The notes below the pieces were generated by a model. That model saw only the letters and a list, made by a program, of their open reading frames with translations. It did not search any database and was not told the origin of the DNA. A stretch of DNA of 61,382 bases, the filler included, from Sluysia triapertura (lineage: Eukaryota), in assembly GCA_046118255.1 (NCBI GenBank). It is 4 parts of 4 records of this genome, joined end to end, with 100 filler letters (N's around TTAATTAATTAA, not from the genome) between each part and the next. Parts side by side here need not be neighbours in the genome. Positions count along the whole stretch, not along the records: positions 11,224 to 25,644 come from JBJNIA010260290.1; 3 more parts are not named here. The stretch is one strand, 5' to 3'. The translations under genes were made by a program, and so were the position numbers. Below are positions 12,602-25,744 of the stretch, in pieces. Position 1 is the first letter of the stretch. The number at the start of each line of letters is the position of its first letter.

Positions 12602-15600
12602 CTAAAATTATAACATAGTTACGAAAGAAAATAATTGATTTAAAATTCAATTTATTTTAATTCATTTTTAAAGATATTAAATTGGTCTGTATGAACATTG
12701 ACTAAATTTTTAATTAATTAAATTATTTGTTCGTTATGTCAGGATAAATATGATCATTTAGTTTTCTATAAAAGAGAACATGATTCAAAATATTTTACTA
12801 TTTCTCAAGAATGATTAAAAATGAATGACATGAAAAAAACCATAAATATATTTTTAAAATAATGCTACAATTTAAGATAATGGTTAAATCTTTTCATATA
12901 ATATCAAAGATAATTCTTATTGCAGCGTGGTTCATGTATCAATATTTTCGAAAATTCTACATAATTCTTTACTAATAATTGTAATTTTTAACCGAAAAAA
13001 CATAAACATTAATCTCCTTTTCCTAAATAAAAATTGTCACTATTTTCATATCAATTTTTATTACTCGAAATACCGAACTCGATGACCCTGAATGTACGAT
13101 AATATGATTCAGAAAATTAATATTTACTATCGCTTTTGGAGAACTTTATTGAAGATTTGAATATAAGTAATACTTCACATAAATTGCTCATGAACTTGGA
13201 CTATTTTCTTTGTCTCTTCTACTTGATATTGAAATAATTTTGGCAATGTGTTTGTTTCTTATTATAAATTTATTCAACGAATCGATTATTAATCTTTCTT
13301 GTTTCCGTTTGCGCAATTTTTGTTGCTTGTATTCAAATATTTTAATATGTACGGCTAAATTTATTTAAATAAAGTATTTCTAAATTAATTATTATAGAAT
13401 TTACACTGCCGCTTACGCAAAATAAATGACTTATGGCTTATTTTGTTTTTATTTCTAGGTGGCTACTCTGCAACAGTATTTGTATAAATGCATCTATTGC
13501 ACAGCACACATTAACTTTAAGATAGTGATTCAAATCATTTGAGGTTCTACCAGACATCACAATATTTAATGCAGAAAATGAATAATTCCATTCCAAAAAC
13601 ATCAATAAAATCGGTTCCGATATTCCTTGATACATGTGTCCAGGGAATAACGGAAGCATTCAAAAATCATTGTAATAATCAAGTGAGAATTATGAATAAT
13701 TACGTACGAATAGATGAAGGAATAAATATCTTGTTCAAAAATGGCATGGAATGAAATAACTCAATTTGTAATATGAAAATGCTTCGCAAAATCACTTGAA
13801 GTTTCAATAGATGAGAGTAGAAAACATCAAACAAATAATGTCCGGTCGATCAAGATATTATGGAGAATGCAATTTCACAGACCATCGATGATATACCAAC
13901 AATGATGAAGGCAAATCCAGCGGAACATTAATGGAGCGCTTAGATGATAAAAAATCATAAGAGACGGAATGTGCTTTCACAATGCTGCTTAATATAGCTA
14001 AACAAGAACAGAGAATATCCTAAACATATACAAATTCAAAGCCGATATTATGGATTCACTGCGAAAAAAACAAAAAATGAAAATAACTTATTTTTGCATT
14101 AAAAAATAATAACTCGAATGACTCATTTTGGCTTTTAATTATTATAAATTCTTTGTGCACATTTTTGAAGACTTCTCCAATTCGAGATCCTACTGTATTC
14201 CAACTCATTACAAAATAAAATAATGGTAAAATAATAAATAAAAATAAGGATTTAAATTAAATAAATATATATTATAAAATACAAAATAAGACTTTTGTTT
14301 GTATATGATGTCATATTTTCAGAGTTCTGGGTTTGTAACAAATTCGCTTATTCTTCAGTATATTTTCATATTAGTGTTGTCTGTCCTCTTAAGTGCTAAA
14401 TGTTTTTTGAATTTGTTCAGAAAATACATTCATTTTTGCTTTAGAACCCGAGAGAAACTAATACATTTCTGAGTTCGAGTTTACTAATAATAGTCATTTT
14501 GTTTTATCATTAGTTGATTAAAATTTATTCACAAGACAATTCCAAGACTCCACCAATAAATTAATTAATCTTTTAATTTCGATTACAATACACATATTCA
14601 AACTGTACTTTTCAATAAAAATAAAAAAAAACAATAATGAAAATAATACAAATTAATATTTAATTTTAATAATTAATTTAAAATTGTAATTTTAGTTTAG
14701 GTTGGTGCAAAATGAGATTGTTGAAGATGGTTATTGATGATATGCATGTTTGTAAAGATGTGAGATCATAAAAGTCAGTGGTTTGATATAAATTAATGGT
14801 GTTGTATAAATGTTAATATGTGCATTATTATTTGCAGATTGATAGCTTCAGGTTTTGGATCACCACAAATAGAGTAGAATTAACTGAGTAATAAATACAA
14901 ATGTGACATTAGAATAGAAATAATCAAATAACAGAATGGTTATAAATATGGACAGAGCAAATTTATATAACAGGCAAAAAGATATGTAATAAGATTGTAT
15001 GTGCGTTTTTGATTATAGAGTAAAATTTTCCAAATTAACAGCAAATAAAAATTGATTATGTATTGATTATTATAGAATAAAATTGAGAAAAATTTTGACC
15101 GTAAATTAATACCAATAAAAATATTATAACAAAACACTAAAAACAAAGTATTACTTATACGTTATCTATGTTTATGAAAATTATAATACATATTATAATT
15201 AATACATATTATTATTAATTATTGACGAGCTTAAACTTAAGAGAAAAACTGAAGAAAATTAAACGGATAATTTACTGCGAATCGAATTATATAGTAAGAC
15301 GTACTTTTGGTGCAGAAAATTAATAACACAAATCGGACTTTTAAAACAAAATTCTTTATTGTCATTTTTACTTTCAAATATTTTTGTAAAATAAATTTCT
15401 ATAATACCTTTCATAACTAAACGTTGTACAACTTTTGTTTTTTTTTGAAACCGAAATACAATTTTAATATCTTTTTCCAACCTCACAAATAACAATAATT
15501 TATATTCGAGATTAAAAATCATTTGATATTAGTTGAAATACTGTAAAAACTTAAATAATTGAGTCAGAATAATTTTAATATTACGTAAATAATTGCAAAG

Positions 15601-16537
15601 TTTAGAATTTCACAAAGTTTGCGAATAATTTTTTAAAGTAAATGAGAATCATTGATTATTAGCAAGCACAAACTAAGTCACCAACTGCTGTTAACCTGCT
15701 TTGGTTTAAAGTAGTAACTAAAGTCAGAACGTCAAATGCATATTGAAAACACACACTTGTAAAACCTATCTCATAAGTAAATAATCATGCTTAACATACA
15801 TAATATGCTTATTATGCAGCTATTAAAAGTTAAGTGCACAAACTAGGGGGCGAGCGTGATAATAATTTGGGGACGCTAAAAATTTTAAAATTGTTAGATT
15901 TTACAAATAAAGTTTTGTTTTCTTTGAATACTTCTTGTTGTTTTTTACAAATTCAATCATCAAGAATAATCATCAAGAATAAAATTTCAAAGCAAATAAA
16001 TATAAAGTAATTATACATACGCAGTAGAGATTTTATGCTATTTGGCATTCTGCTACTGTTAATTAAAAATAACGTTAGCAGACTGCTATCACAATCGCGA
16101 AATAGCAACTACTAACAGACATAATATTGCATTTTTGAATTAAAATTTAATTTTGTTAATTTTTCTTTATTTTTGCTAAAGAATTACAACTGTTGTTTTC
16201 ATAATATTTAATTTATAAAAAAAGAAAAATGCATTTTTTTATTTAAAATGTGTTTATTCTATTCACGAAGCTTTTTTTATAGTGGCGTTATGATTTTTTA
16301 TTAAGTTCGGGGCGCCAAAAATAATATGTTGAAAAGGGGGCGCAACTTAAAAGTTAAAAGTGATAATAATTCAACGATTTTAATTTCTATTTCCATTTAA
16401 TAATTAATGAAATAATAAAATACAATAATATCTAAGAAATTTAATCAAAAACATTAATCAATCTTTGATAAAACAACAATAATAAATTACAAAAATAGAA
16501 ACAATATTATTGAAAAATATATAATTTTTAAAAATAC

Positions 16538-16619
16538 CCGTTGTAATTCTTCTTTTTCCGTTTGACATTTTTCTAAACTTCGTTTCAATTCATTTACCGA
16601 TTTTGATTGATTCTTAATT
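16538..16619 (-). CDS. Internal exon, coiled-coil protein (set B)
   Basis: TTTAG acceptor, GTATTT donor; IKNQSKSVNELKRSLEKCQTEKEELQR with heptad character. Confidence 0.6.
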
Positions 16620-16697
16620 CTAAATATAACACTGATTAATTTTCTCAACTAATAGAATACAATAATTAGTTATTTTTCAGTAATTATTTTTTAATAC

Positions 16698-16734
16698 TGT
16701 ATCATTTTGGCGATTTCACTTTCTATTTGAAAGA
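16698..16734 (-). CDS. Possible short exon, coiled-coil protein (set B)
   Basis: FQIESEIAKMI(Q). Its phase-2 donor joins 16619 in frame across a 78-bp GT-AG intron containing ACTAAT. The AAG acceptor is weak. Confidence 0.4.
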
Positions 16735-16859
16735 CTTATATAATCTTCATTGTCATTATTCAAAAGAAAAACAATTTTCGTTTAAAAATATCTATTATTC
16801 AATAAAATAATTAAAATACTTAATGTTCATTTTGAAGCATTACACTGTTCCTTTATATA

Positions 16860-17005
16860 CGAGGTGTTCCAAAACATATACACACTTTGAATAATTGTAA
16901 AGTAGGTGTTTGATGCTTCGTAGTTTAGTGGTGTTATGTCTGGATGTCCCACATCATGCTAAAAACAAAACTCTTCATTTTCAAAGTCTTTCTAATATTA
17001 GATAC
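16860..17005 (-). mobile_element. Tc1/mariner terminal fragment (internally deleted)
   Basis: TA|CGAGGTGTTCCAAAA terminus. The reverse complement (GACTTTGAAAATGAAGAGTTTTGTTTTTAGCATGATG) aligns with the [13 protein letters not shown] region at ~22137-22180. Confidence 0.6.
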
Positions 17006-17199
17006 ACAAATTCAAGTAAATGGGACCAGTGACAGTGGCATAAAAAATAACCTCCAATTAATCCTTCTTGTGAAAAGTAGTACAACAATGTAATTCCTGA
17101 TAAATTAACATAGTGGTAGACAGTTACCTGTGAATTCAATAGATGCAATCGTTACAATTAATTGAATCATTTAATTTTAACATGCCTTCGTCACTCCAT

Positions 17200-19507
17200 A
17201 CAGTCTTTGTTTGAAAGTGCATTTTCGATATATTCTTTCATAATCTTGTTCCAAAAAAAACACGACGCAAAGTGAATTAAGATTTTCTATAGCAAACCAT
17301 GTAAAGATCAAAGATAGGTACCAGGGTTACGAAAATACTACTTTTTAAAAAGAAAATTGACCAAAGTAAACATTAAAAAACAAAAATAATATAAAATTTT
17401 ATTACATACATACAAAAAACAAAAAAACCTATTCAATTAATTTATGAAAAACAAAATTAAAATTAATCAGTCTGATGAGTCCATAGTGGCTGTTGTAAGT
17501 CGGCTTTCTTTCACAAAAAATTGGTCAAATGTTTGCTGAACAGCTTTTTTATTCAACGTAAAATAAATTTCCTTGTAGCAATTGATAATCGTAGCTACCG
17601 CCTGGGACACTTTAAAAAAAGCTTCTGTTGTCAGGAACGTTTCTTAAAAAAACCGCCATAGCTTCGTCAATCAAACACATCGCTTTGGAAATTTGTTTGG
17701 AGGTTAAATTTTGTTCTTTGGAGATTTCTGTTGAACGGTCACTGTCATCTTCTTTATTAGCAAACTTCAATTCCAGTTGCAATAGTTCTTCATTAGAGAA
17801 TTCTTTGTTGTGCGAGGTCAGCAATTCATTTATGTCAGTCACCTCCATATCTTGAAAATTAGAAATTCTCTAGGTAAATTAGAAACTTCATGACGAATAG
17901 CTAGTGTACCATCAACTTCTGCAGCGCATAATCGGTGAACACATTCAGGCCATATTTTGCAAGATGATTTAACCTCCTCCCACGAATCGGAAATAATTTC
18001 TATGGCTTTCATAATGTTGAACTTTGTCCAAAACTCTAGCATGGTAGGCTTATCTTGTCCATCAGTCTCACTTAAAAGAAGTTTAAATGTTCGTCGAAAG
18101 TAATAACTTTTAAAAGTCGATATTGGCTGAATAACTGGTGTCTTATTAGGCGGCAAAAATACAATTTTCACGTTTTCTGACAACTCATCAACATAAACTG
18201 GGTAGCCAGGAGCATTGTCTACTAGGACCAAAGCCTTGAAGTTTACGTTTTCCTTGTTGCAATAAGCTTTAATTTATGGAATAGCACAAGTTGAAACCAA
18301 GTTTTGAAATAATGATGTTGTCATACATGCTTTTTTGTTTGCTCGCCAGTGGACAGGAGGCAGATTCTTTGAACAACCTTTCATAGCTCTTGGATTTTCT
18401 TATTGATAAATGAGAAATGGTTTAAATTTGAAATCACCATTTGCATTACCACCAAGAAGATGAGTCAGTCTATCCTGGCGCAGATTTTTTCTGTTTTAGA
18501 TATGAAAGTTCTGTTGGGTAGACGTTTCGAAAATAACCCAGTCTCGTCAACATTAAAGACTTGTTTCGGATCATAGCCACCTTCATGAAATAAAGATTTT
18601 AACTCTGTTAGGTAGCGTTCTGCAACAGTTATATCAGCGCTAGCTGATTCTCCTTTAAGAGCATTGTTGTGCAGATTGCTCGAACTTTGAATCTTTCAAA
18701 CCAGCCCTGGCTAGCTTCAAGTGTTTCATTGTCTGTATTACTAACACAAGCATTATCTTTGGATACTGCTTTACTTTTTATGTCATCAAATAAGCTTTTT
18801 GCTTAATGGTATTCTCTGCTCAACTTGATTTTCAATCCAAACAGAAAACAAGGACTCCATTTTGATCATCAAAGCACTCAACGTTTTAGCATCTAATGAT
18901 GTTGCAGATTTTGCAGCTTCTCTATCTCCATCTCGATCTCTAATAGTCTGACAGTTGTTGTAGCCAGACCAACTACCTTTGCTATTTCCACAGCCTTTTC
19001 TCCCTTATTAAATCGTCGCAGAATATCTAATTTTGTCTCCAAGCTGATTGTTTTTTTATTTTTGGTAATTCTACCAGCAATGCCGTTTCCACTCATTTGG
19101 CTAAAAAACAAACAAAATATAACTGTGCCAATAAATAAATTGGAAAAATATTTACCTTTTTTGTAACCAGAAACAACCCGTAAAATTTATAAAAATTTAT
19201 TTTCTATTCTAAAAAAGCACAACAAAATACATAATTGAAACTTAACTCTAAAATTAGCAAAATAAAGTGAAAATAAAACTGTATTAAAATTGCGTTGATT
19301 TTTAGTTAGTAAGGGAATCCCCGAGTTTTTATGGTGTGGCGCAATTAGAAACAAAAGTAAATTTCAATAAAAAAAATTAAAGACTCGAACCCAAAACAAC
19401 GCAACCTCGAAAATCTAACGACGCGCAGTGAAAATTAGTACTAATCAAGCAGCGACGCAACTTCGAAAAAATACAAAACGTAACGACGCAAAGCGAGGTA
19501 TTGGTCT
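17200..19507 (-). mobile_element. Tigger/pogo-family DNA transposon with decayed CENP-B-HTH + DDE_1 transposase
   Basis: Fragments KKTISLETKLDILRRFNKGE...LATTTVR, ASQGWFERFK, FNVDETGLF, LVDNAPGYP...VFLPPN...IQP, with frameshifts. Subterminal ACGACGCAA repeats near both ends; right end GCGAGGTATTGGTCTA. Left boundary approximate. Confidence 0.9.
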
Positions 19508-19546
19508 ATTTATAACTTAATTATAGTTTATGAATTATAATTTTAG

Positions 19547-19800
19547 CGGGTGATTCTAAAACCAAGGTTGCTGTAGAAACTCAAACACTACAAATCCCTA
19601 TTGCATCAAATGTTGTCAAAATAATGAATTACATAGCTGCACAATTGTGTCCAGTTACTAAAGAAACTACAGAAAATGTCAATACAAATAACAATGCTTT
19701 TACATATGATTTACTTAATGATGATGAAAAAGTAGCTGCACAATTAGTTGTTAAAAATATTAATGAACGTTTTGAGCACTTAGAAGAACGAATAGAAAAG
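19547..19800 (+). CDS. Exon of an unknown coiled-coil protein (set A, exon i)
   Basis: TTTTAG acceptor; open frame GDSKTKVAVETQ...MNYIAAQLC...NERFEHLEERIEK; GT donor into an (ATT)n intron. Confidence 0.75.
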
Positions 19801-19827
19801 GTTATTATTATCATTATGATTATTATG

Positions 19828-19878
<51 letters not shown>

Positions 19879-19882
19879 TTAG

Positions 19883-19954
19883 ATTATTAGCGAAAATGAG
19901 CTTTTAGAAACGGAAAATCAACAAAACAAAGAATTAATTGATGCTTTAACTTTG
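19883..19954 (+). CDS. Set A exon ii
   Basis: TTTTAG|IISENELLETENQQNKELIDALTL|GTAAGT, phase 0/0, after an 82-bp intron. Confidence 0.75.
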
Positions 19955-20213
19955 GTAAGTTATTATCATTTCCGTATTTAAAATTCTAAATATTTTAAGT
20001 GGATCAAGTAGTAGTACAATACTAAGCCTGTGTAATGAAAACTAGATTTGTCAATTAAGATATTGAGATGATTTATACAGTTGATGTGTGTTACTTATTT
20101 ATTTCTTGAAATTGCTGAAAAATATTGTCCCAAATGAACTTAGTGTTATTATTAAATAAGTTTATAACAATGACGATGATAATAATAAGGATAAAAGTAA
20201 CATAATAAATAGT

Positions 20214-20257
<44 letters not shown>

Positions 20258-20799
20258 TAGTAATAAATAATGTTCATTGTGCTATAATTCATGAAGAAAA
20301 CATATTATCTAACTTGCATTAAGTTGTATAATTAGAAAATAAAAATGTAAGGAGTTTATTTTGAGAATAATAAATCAATAAAATCAGTCAATATAATTCT
20401 GAATCTAGGATTGTTGTTGAATTGAGACTACCAAATAATTCCTATTCCATTTCGACTTAGGCAATCGAATCTACAATTAACAAAATAATTTAATTTGTAA
20501 ATACATAGTCACTAATTCTGTCATATTTTATCCTGTGTTCCAATTGTTTCATCTTAAACATTGTATTACATTGTTTTCTTAATGGTCCACTTAAAATCGA
20601 AAAACAGATTACTTTCTATTAATATTAAATTATAATCCCTTCAATTTCATTCTACGTTTTGTAGCTATTTATAAACACACACACAAATGGGTAAAATCGA
20701 CATACATTTTCGAATTCAATTAGTCATCTAATCATATTATTGCTTTTGAAAGAAAACTATACCTGTGACGATACCAGCTTCAGCATGAAAATTATGCAC

Positions 20800-21070
20800 A
20801 TTTTCCATCCCTTCAAGAATACTAACCACAAAATCTAGAAATATTTGTGAATATCTCGTTTTCAAGCTTTTTGATGTGGAATGCTTTCAAATGGAGTTGA
20901 TTGAAATGCAATGTGACATTTTTGTTTTGAAGTACTTACCAATGGGAGCAATTATTTTCAAAATTGAAATATACTAAAAACAAGATTAACCTATAGCAAC
21001 TTGAATAATGTTTTATTGTTGGCATCGACACAAGCTTTCAGGTGACAAAGAACATCAAGCTTCCCAAAAT
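20800..21070 (+). mobile_element. Decayed hAT (Buster/SPIN-like) transposase C-terminal remnant, intronic
   Basis: FDVECFQMELIEMQCD and EQLFSKLKYTK fragments parallel EYQLELIELQS and CEQFFSSMKNIK in the element at 25285-25617. Confidence 0.6.
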
Positions 21071-21336
21071 TTGAATTTTTGAATACAAAAGATTTTTAAC
21101 ACACATTGTTTATTGTCAACTTACTTGTTTATAATTTGTAGAACTAAAATATTTTAAAGAATCTTTTAGCCAAAACGTTGCCGATCCCTGATCTAATTCA
21201 TTCTATGGTCACAAAATGCAGAGTATAAGATTTCTATTATGGCTTGATTTAAGTTATTGAAACTTTTAGGTAGATATGTAAAATGATGTATTAAATGTAT
21301 ATAAATAAATATTATTATCATTATTATATTATTCAG

Positions 21337-21429
21337 GAACTGCTTAAAAACACAGATCGACTGAAAACAACCAAGCAACAGTATGATAACCAAATAAAAG
21401 TTCTCATAAATGAAGTTTCCGAATTAAAG
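21337..21429 (+). CDS. Set A exon iii
   Basis: TTCAG|ELLKNTDRLKTTKQQYDNQIKVLINEVSELK|GTTTGA, phase 0/0, coiled-coil like. Confidence 0.7.
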
Positions 21430-21859
21430 GTTTGATGCTTTTATTTGTTGATAATATAGAAAATGTTTTTATACTATCCTTAATTGAAATGTGTACTTGT
21501 CAATTAAATGAATAAGCTGTTTTTTAACATATGTGAAAAATTGATTACGTAAAATATTACAATTAAATATTAGGATTTATAAATGTGCTGATTCAGGCCA
21601 GCAGCATTATAAAGAAGAGATCAATACTTTCAATTATTAATACATTATATGATTATGCATTTCAAAAATTGTCTGTGTGAAATCATACTCCACTTTTCGT
21701 ATTGCTCTTACTATCATTCATTAAATAAAGTTTAAAAACTTAAATAGTATCTAAAACATATAAATTTTATGAATACTATACAAAATACACTTGATATTTT
21801 TCAAATATATTGTAATTTAAACTATGGCAACAACTGTTGTCATGCAAATACTTTTCAAT

Positions 21860-22420
21860 AACGAGTACATGAAATAATGTCTGTTCAAATGATGATCCAC
21901 ACCAAAGAGTGAAGTATTTCTAGTTGTATTTGGATCATTGTCAGAGAAATGCAGAGAAACAAAAATTGTATGGAGTGGTGAGGCCACAATTGGGGACTCG
22001 AGAACCCACATGTTACTGTCGACGTCATGCCAATTTACCGGGAATAACAGTGTGGTGCGGCTTTTTTGACGCTACTTTAACCTATCCAATTTACTTAAAC
22101 TTGCTGCAACAGTCTAATATGATACGCATCAGAATTGATTTTGGAAATGAAGATATTTATTTTCAGCAAGATGGGGCATCATCACGATGAGCTCTTGATG
22201 AGCTCTTGCCAAACAGGTGGATTTGACGAAGGGCTTTTATTCAATATTATCTTCCCAGTTTACCAGACCTCACACCAGATTTTTTCTTACGGAAATACGT
22301 AAAAGACAAAGTATGCGCTAATAAACCTGTAACACTCGCTGAATTTAGAGAAGCAATGATCAGTGATGGATATGATTTGATGTGTGTTTATGCTATATGT
22401 TTTTGTGACGCGCAGTGCAG
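21860..22420 (+). mobile_element. Decayed Tc1/mariner transposase (rosa/DD41D-like)
   Basis: [37 protein letters not shown] and LPDLTPDFF motifs, with stops and frameshifts. Confidence 0.8.
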
Positions 22421-22439
22421 GTAGTTTGTAACAAGTGGT

Positions 22440-22900
22440 TTTATTGTTTTGGTTTTGTCTAACCTTAAATGTCTGATAGTTAGGGTTCCTTTGATGAATT
22501 ACGAGAATTCTTGATGGTTTCAGTTTAAACCAGTTTAATGTTTTATTTTGTCCATTGATTTGTATAACTTTGTAAGGTCCGCTATATCGAGGTTGTATGG
22601 ATATTGGGTTTTTAATTGATATCCATACGAACTGACTATCCAACATTCTTTGGAATATGAACTGTCATTATGACGAATAGATTTTTTTTGAGCTAGTAGA
22701 AAACCTTAACCGGAAATACCACATAAAGATATGCTTCATGTTTGAAGATTCTGTGATAGCAATATAAATCGAAACACCATTTATGGGATCCACACCACGC
22801 ATATTCAACAACAAAAACAAATCAAAAGCTGGAAAACCTCTCCACGAGCTTATTAACATTGCTCAGACTGAATACTGGAGGAACCTCAAAACGCAGGGAC
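22440..22900 (-). mobile_element. Gypsy LTR-retrotransposon integrase C-terminal remnant
   Basis: VWI...IQPRYSGPYKVI matches the GPY/F module of Ty3/Gypsy integrases. Boundaries approximate. Confidence 0.6.
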
Positions 22901-22929
22901 GTACAATCCATATGACGTCGCTCTCACTG

Positions 22930-24940
22930 TACTCCTTCTCACTGTCATTTTCTTTTGGTTTGGTGAAGCTTATTTCCGTAGCCTTATGCGTAGGTCAGTA
23001 TTTCTTGCAATATTGGCATAGTAATAGCACTTGTTTGAGCGAAAGTTCAGATTGGCCGTTCTGGCTATTTCAACCATCTGTCCAGCTTGCGATGCAAGTC
23101 ATTTTTCGATGTTCCAATCAAGGCAATGTCATCCGCGTATGCCAGGTACTGCAGAAATTTGTAGTCGTCTGTGCATATGCTTTGTCTCATGTCTTTGAAC
23201 AGATAGTGATTAGCAAGGGTCTATTGTTATAGGCTTTTGATGATTCGGAGTGTCCGAAGGTCTATTCCCATCTTTTCCAATGTGTACCACAGCAGCTCAT
23301 GTGGTACTGATTCAAATGCATAAGTCAGGTCAAGCAGTGCTACTTGTACCTCATTCTTGTTCCAAACATAATTCTTTGTTTCAGTCACTTCCAGAAGTTG
23401 TGCTGAATACATCCGTCCGATCTACTCATTACACCCTGATGTATTCTGAGGAGCTTTCCCATTTGGATCTATTGTAAGAGACGCCTATTGATTGTTACGA
23501 TAACATGTCGATTATGGCAATAGGTCGCCAATTAGATGGTTCCCGACCTTGTTCCACCTTTCCTGGTTTTATGAGCAATAGTGTGGTATTTCTTCTGTTT
23601 CTAGAAATATGTTGAATAGGACGGCCAGGAATTCTCCGAACATCATGTAATCCTGTTTTGTCCGGGTGCTGAGTTTTGACATTCGTCCATAATAAGACGC
23701 ACTTCCTGCGGTATCACCATCTCCTGTAATTGTGTTCGGTAAATATGCTAATTGGGTCCATTTGTAGCACTCTAGCACTGTTATAGTGGTCCACATTTTG
23801 TTGATCCATTTTGTCGCTCATCCAAAACTGGTTATCAATTGAAAATCTTTGGCTATATCTGACATGTATATTTTATTAATATTCATGTCTCCCTAAGTCT
23901 TCTTACTGTGATCTACCCGGGCATTATATTTGTTCAAGATATTTTGTATATCTTGCGCTTTGCCCTGACATATGAGGTCACAGAACATGTTGAATGCCTC
24001 ATTTGTCTGTATTTGGCGCGCCTGTATTCACTCTACGATACATGCCATCGACGCGTGCGACTCTTTAGGCCTCTGCAATAATGGTACCAGCCAATCTACC
24101 ATCTATTAAATTCTATAGAGTGAGTCTAGTCCACATTATATCCGGATCCACAAACTGGTATTTAGACTCATCATTTGCCAGTGCTCCAGATGATGTAAGC
24201 TGCCTATATTGGAGAGCGATGTTGTTGATGTAGGGACCACAATCCGTTGGGCCATTCTACTTCGGATAAACTACATTTCCAGGCATAAGAGGTTTGTTTT
24301 GCGAATATAGAGGTAATACCGTGAACCCATCTATAATTATAGTTAGAAAAGATGGAAGCATTGTTTAGTAACAAACTACATTATCCAATAATTGTCCATG
24401 TTAATGACCCAATAAAGATGCTGGAACTAGGCAAATTTATACAGCGGAAAGTTATTGGCAATCCCCTGTTGTGGCATAACTGAACAGTTCAGTGTCCAGT
24501 ATTACATTGTCACTGTCAGTAAGCTTCTATTGCCTTTCTAGGTAGTCAATCCGGCGGATTGACTGAGTCGAGATTCTTGAAGTTGTGTGTCTTACAAGAT
24601 GGGCATTCAGGACACTGATTTTGTTAAATACTGCCCCACACATACACTTAACCAGGCATGTGCTGTTTTAAGGTGACGTCTTATTGTGTCGTTTTTCACA
24701 TATTATATGTATTACTGCCGTCGGTATCGTGCTTTATTCGAAATGGTGATAAGCCTTGTCATCAAAGGCACAACTGTATCTGCCATCCATATCTAACACT
24801 ATTTGGTAGTCATTTGCAGATTTTAGTAGTTGTTTGTTTGTGCTTGACAAATCCGAGAATATGATATTTGTCGACTCAACAAAAGCGATTGCAACTTGCT
24901 TCATTGAGAGAAATAGGTCCTTAGAACGCTGTATAACAGG
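22930..24940 (-). mobile_element. Decayed non-LTR retrotransposon (LINE), endonuclease-RT ORF
   Basis: PSNWRPIAI, VALLDLTYAFESVPHELLW, QYLAYADDIALI (YADD at 23128-23139), and upstream endonuclease-like LNAH...RIDY. GC content is elevated; many stops. Confidence 0.88.
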
Positions 24941-24948
24941 CTCTAAAC

Positions 24949-25644
24949 CAGGGATGTCCAACCTTTTAATTTAATGGGCCGCAGAATTACCAGAATATGT
25001 TAAGCCTAGCTAGGGAATGGTCTCAAATTTTTTGGAGATTTTTGGGGGTAGAGGATGTTTTTTGTTTTTGAATATTGCAGCTCATAGGTCGCTTGCCAGA
25101 GTGTGAATTCTTTAAAAACGTCGATTATTTTCGTACCATCCCCTTAAATTTAATGGAAAAATTACAATATAAAACAAAATCATATGAATACAGTTTATTT
25201 ATATTATTAAAATATTGCAAATATTGTAATGTTTATATGTAGCTATATATGAAAAAACATTTAATTTAATTAACCAATATTTATTCAATCAGACTTTTGA
25301 CTTTGTCTTCCAGCCATGATGTTTTCAATATTTGCATCGAAGGATGCATTCTTAATTCTAAGAATGTTTGCTAAATGTGTGTCAGTCAACCTATTTCTTT
25401 CTGCAGTTTTAATGTTTTTCATGCTTGAAAAAAACTGCTCGCAAGAGTATGTACTTCCCCACATGCATAATAATTTTCTGGATAAATTTAGAATTTGATT
25501 GAATTCGTTTTTGAGAGAATGCAATTTCTTATAAAATAAAGGAAGTGTGTTCTCCCTATGGAAAGTTTTTAAACCTTCCTGACTTTGTAGCTCAATCAGT
25601 TCAAGTTGGTACTCCACTGGTGCTTTATCATATTCAAATGAAAA
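24949..25644 (-). mobile_element. hAT (Buster/SPIN/GTF2IRD2-like) transposon 3' end, cut by a gap
   Basis: Open C-terminal hATC domain (MWGSTYSCEQFFSSMKNIK...RNRLTDTHL), TIR CAGGGATGTCCAACC, flanking 8-mer CTCTAAAC typical of Buster/Charlie target sites. Confidence 0.9.
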
Positions 25645-25744
25645 NNNNNNNNNNNNNNNNNNNNNNNNNNNNNNNNNNNNNNNNNNNNTTAATTAATTAA
25701 NNNNNNNNNNNNNNNNNNNNNNNNNNNNNNNNNNNNNNNNNNNN
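25645..25744. other. Artificial gap linker
   Basis: N44-TTAATTAATTAA-N44. Confidence 0.97.

Noticed and set aside
13175-13355. Extra exon of set B
   Set aside because: The phase-0 reading hits a stop after 21 codons; other frames need a frameshift.
19801-19890. Poly-Ile transmembrane tail of ORF 19624-19890
   Set aside because: Intronic (ATT)n repeat.
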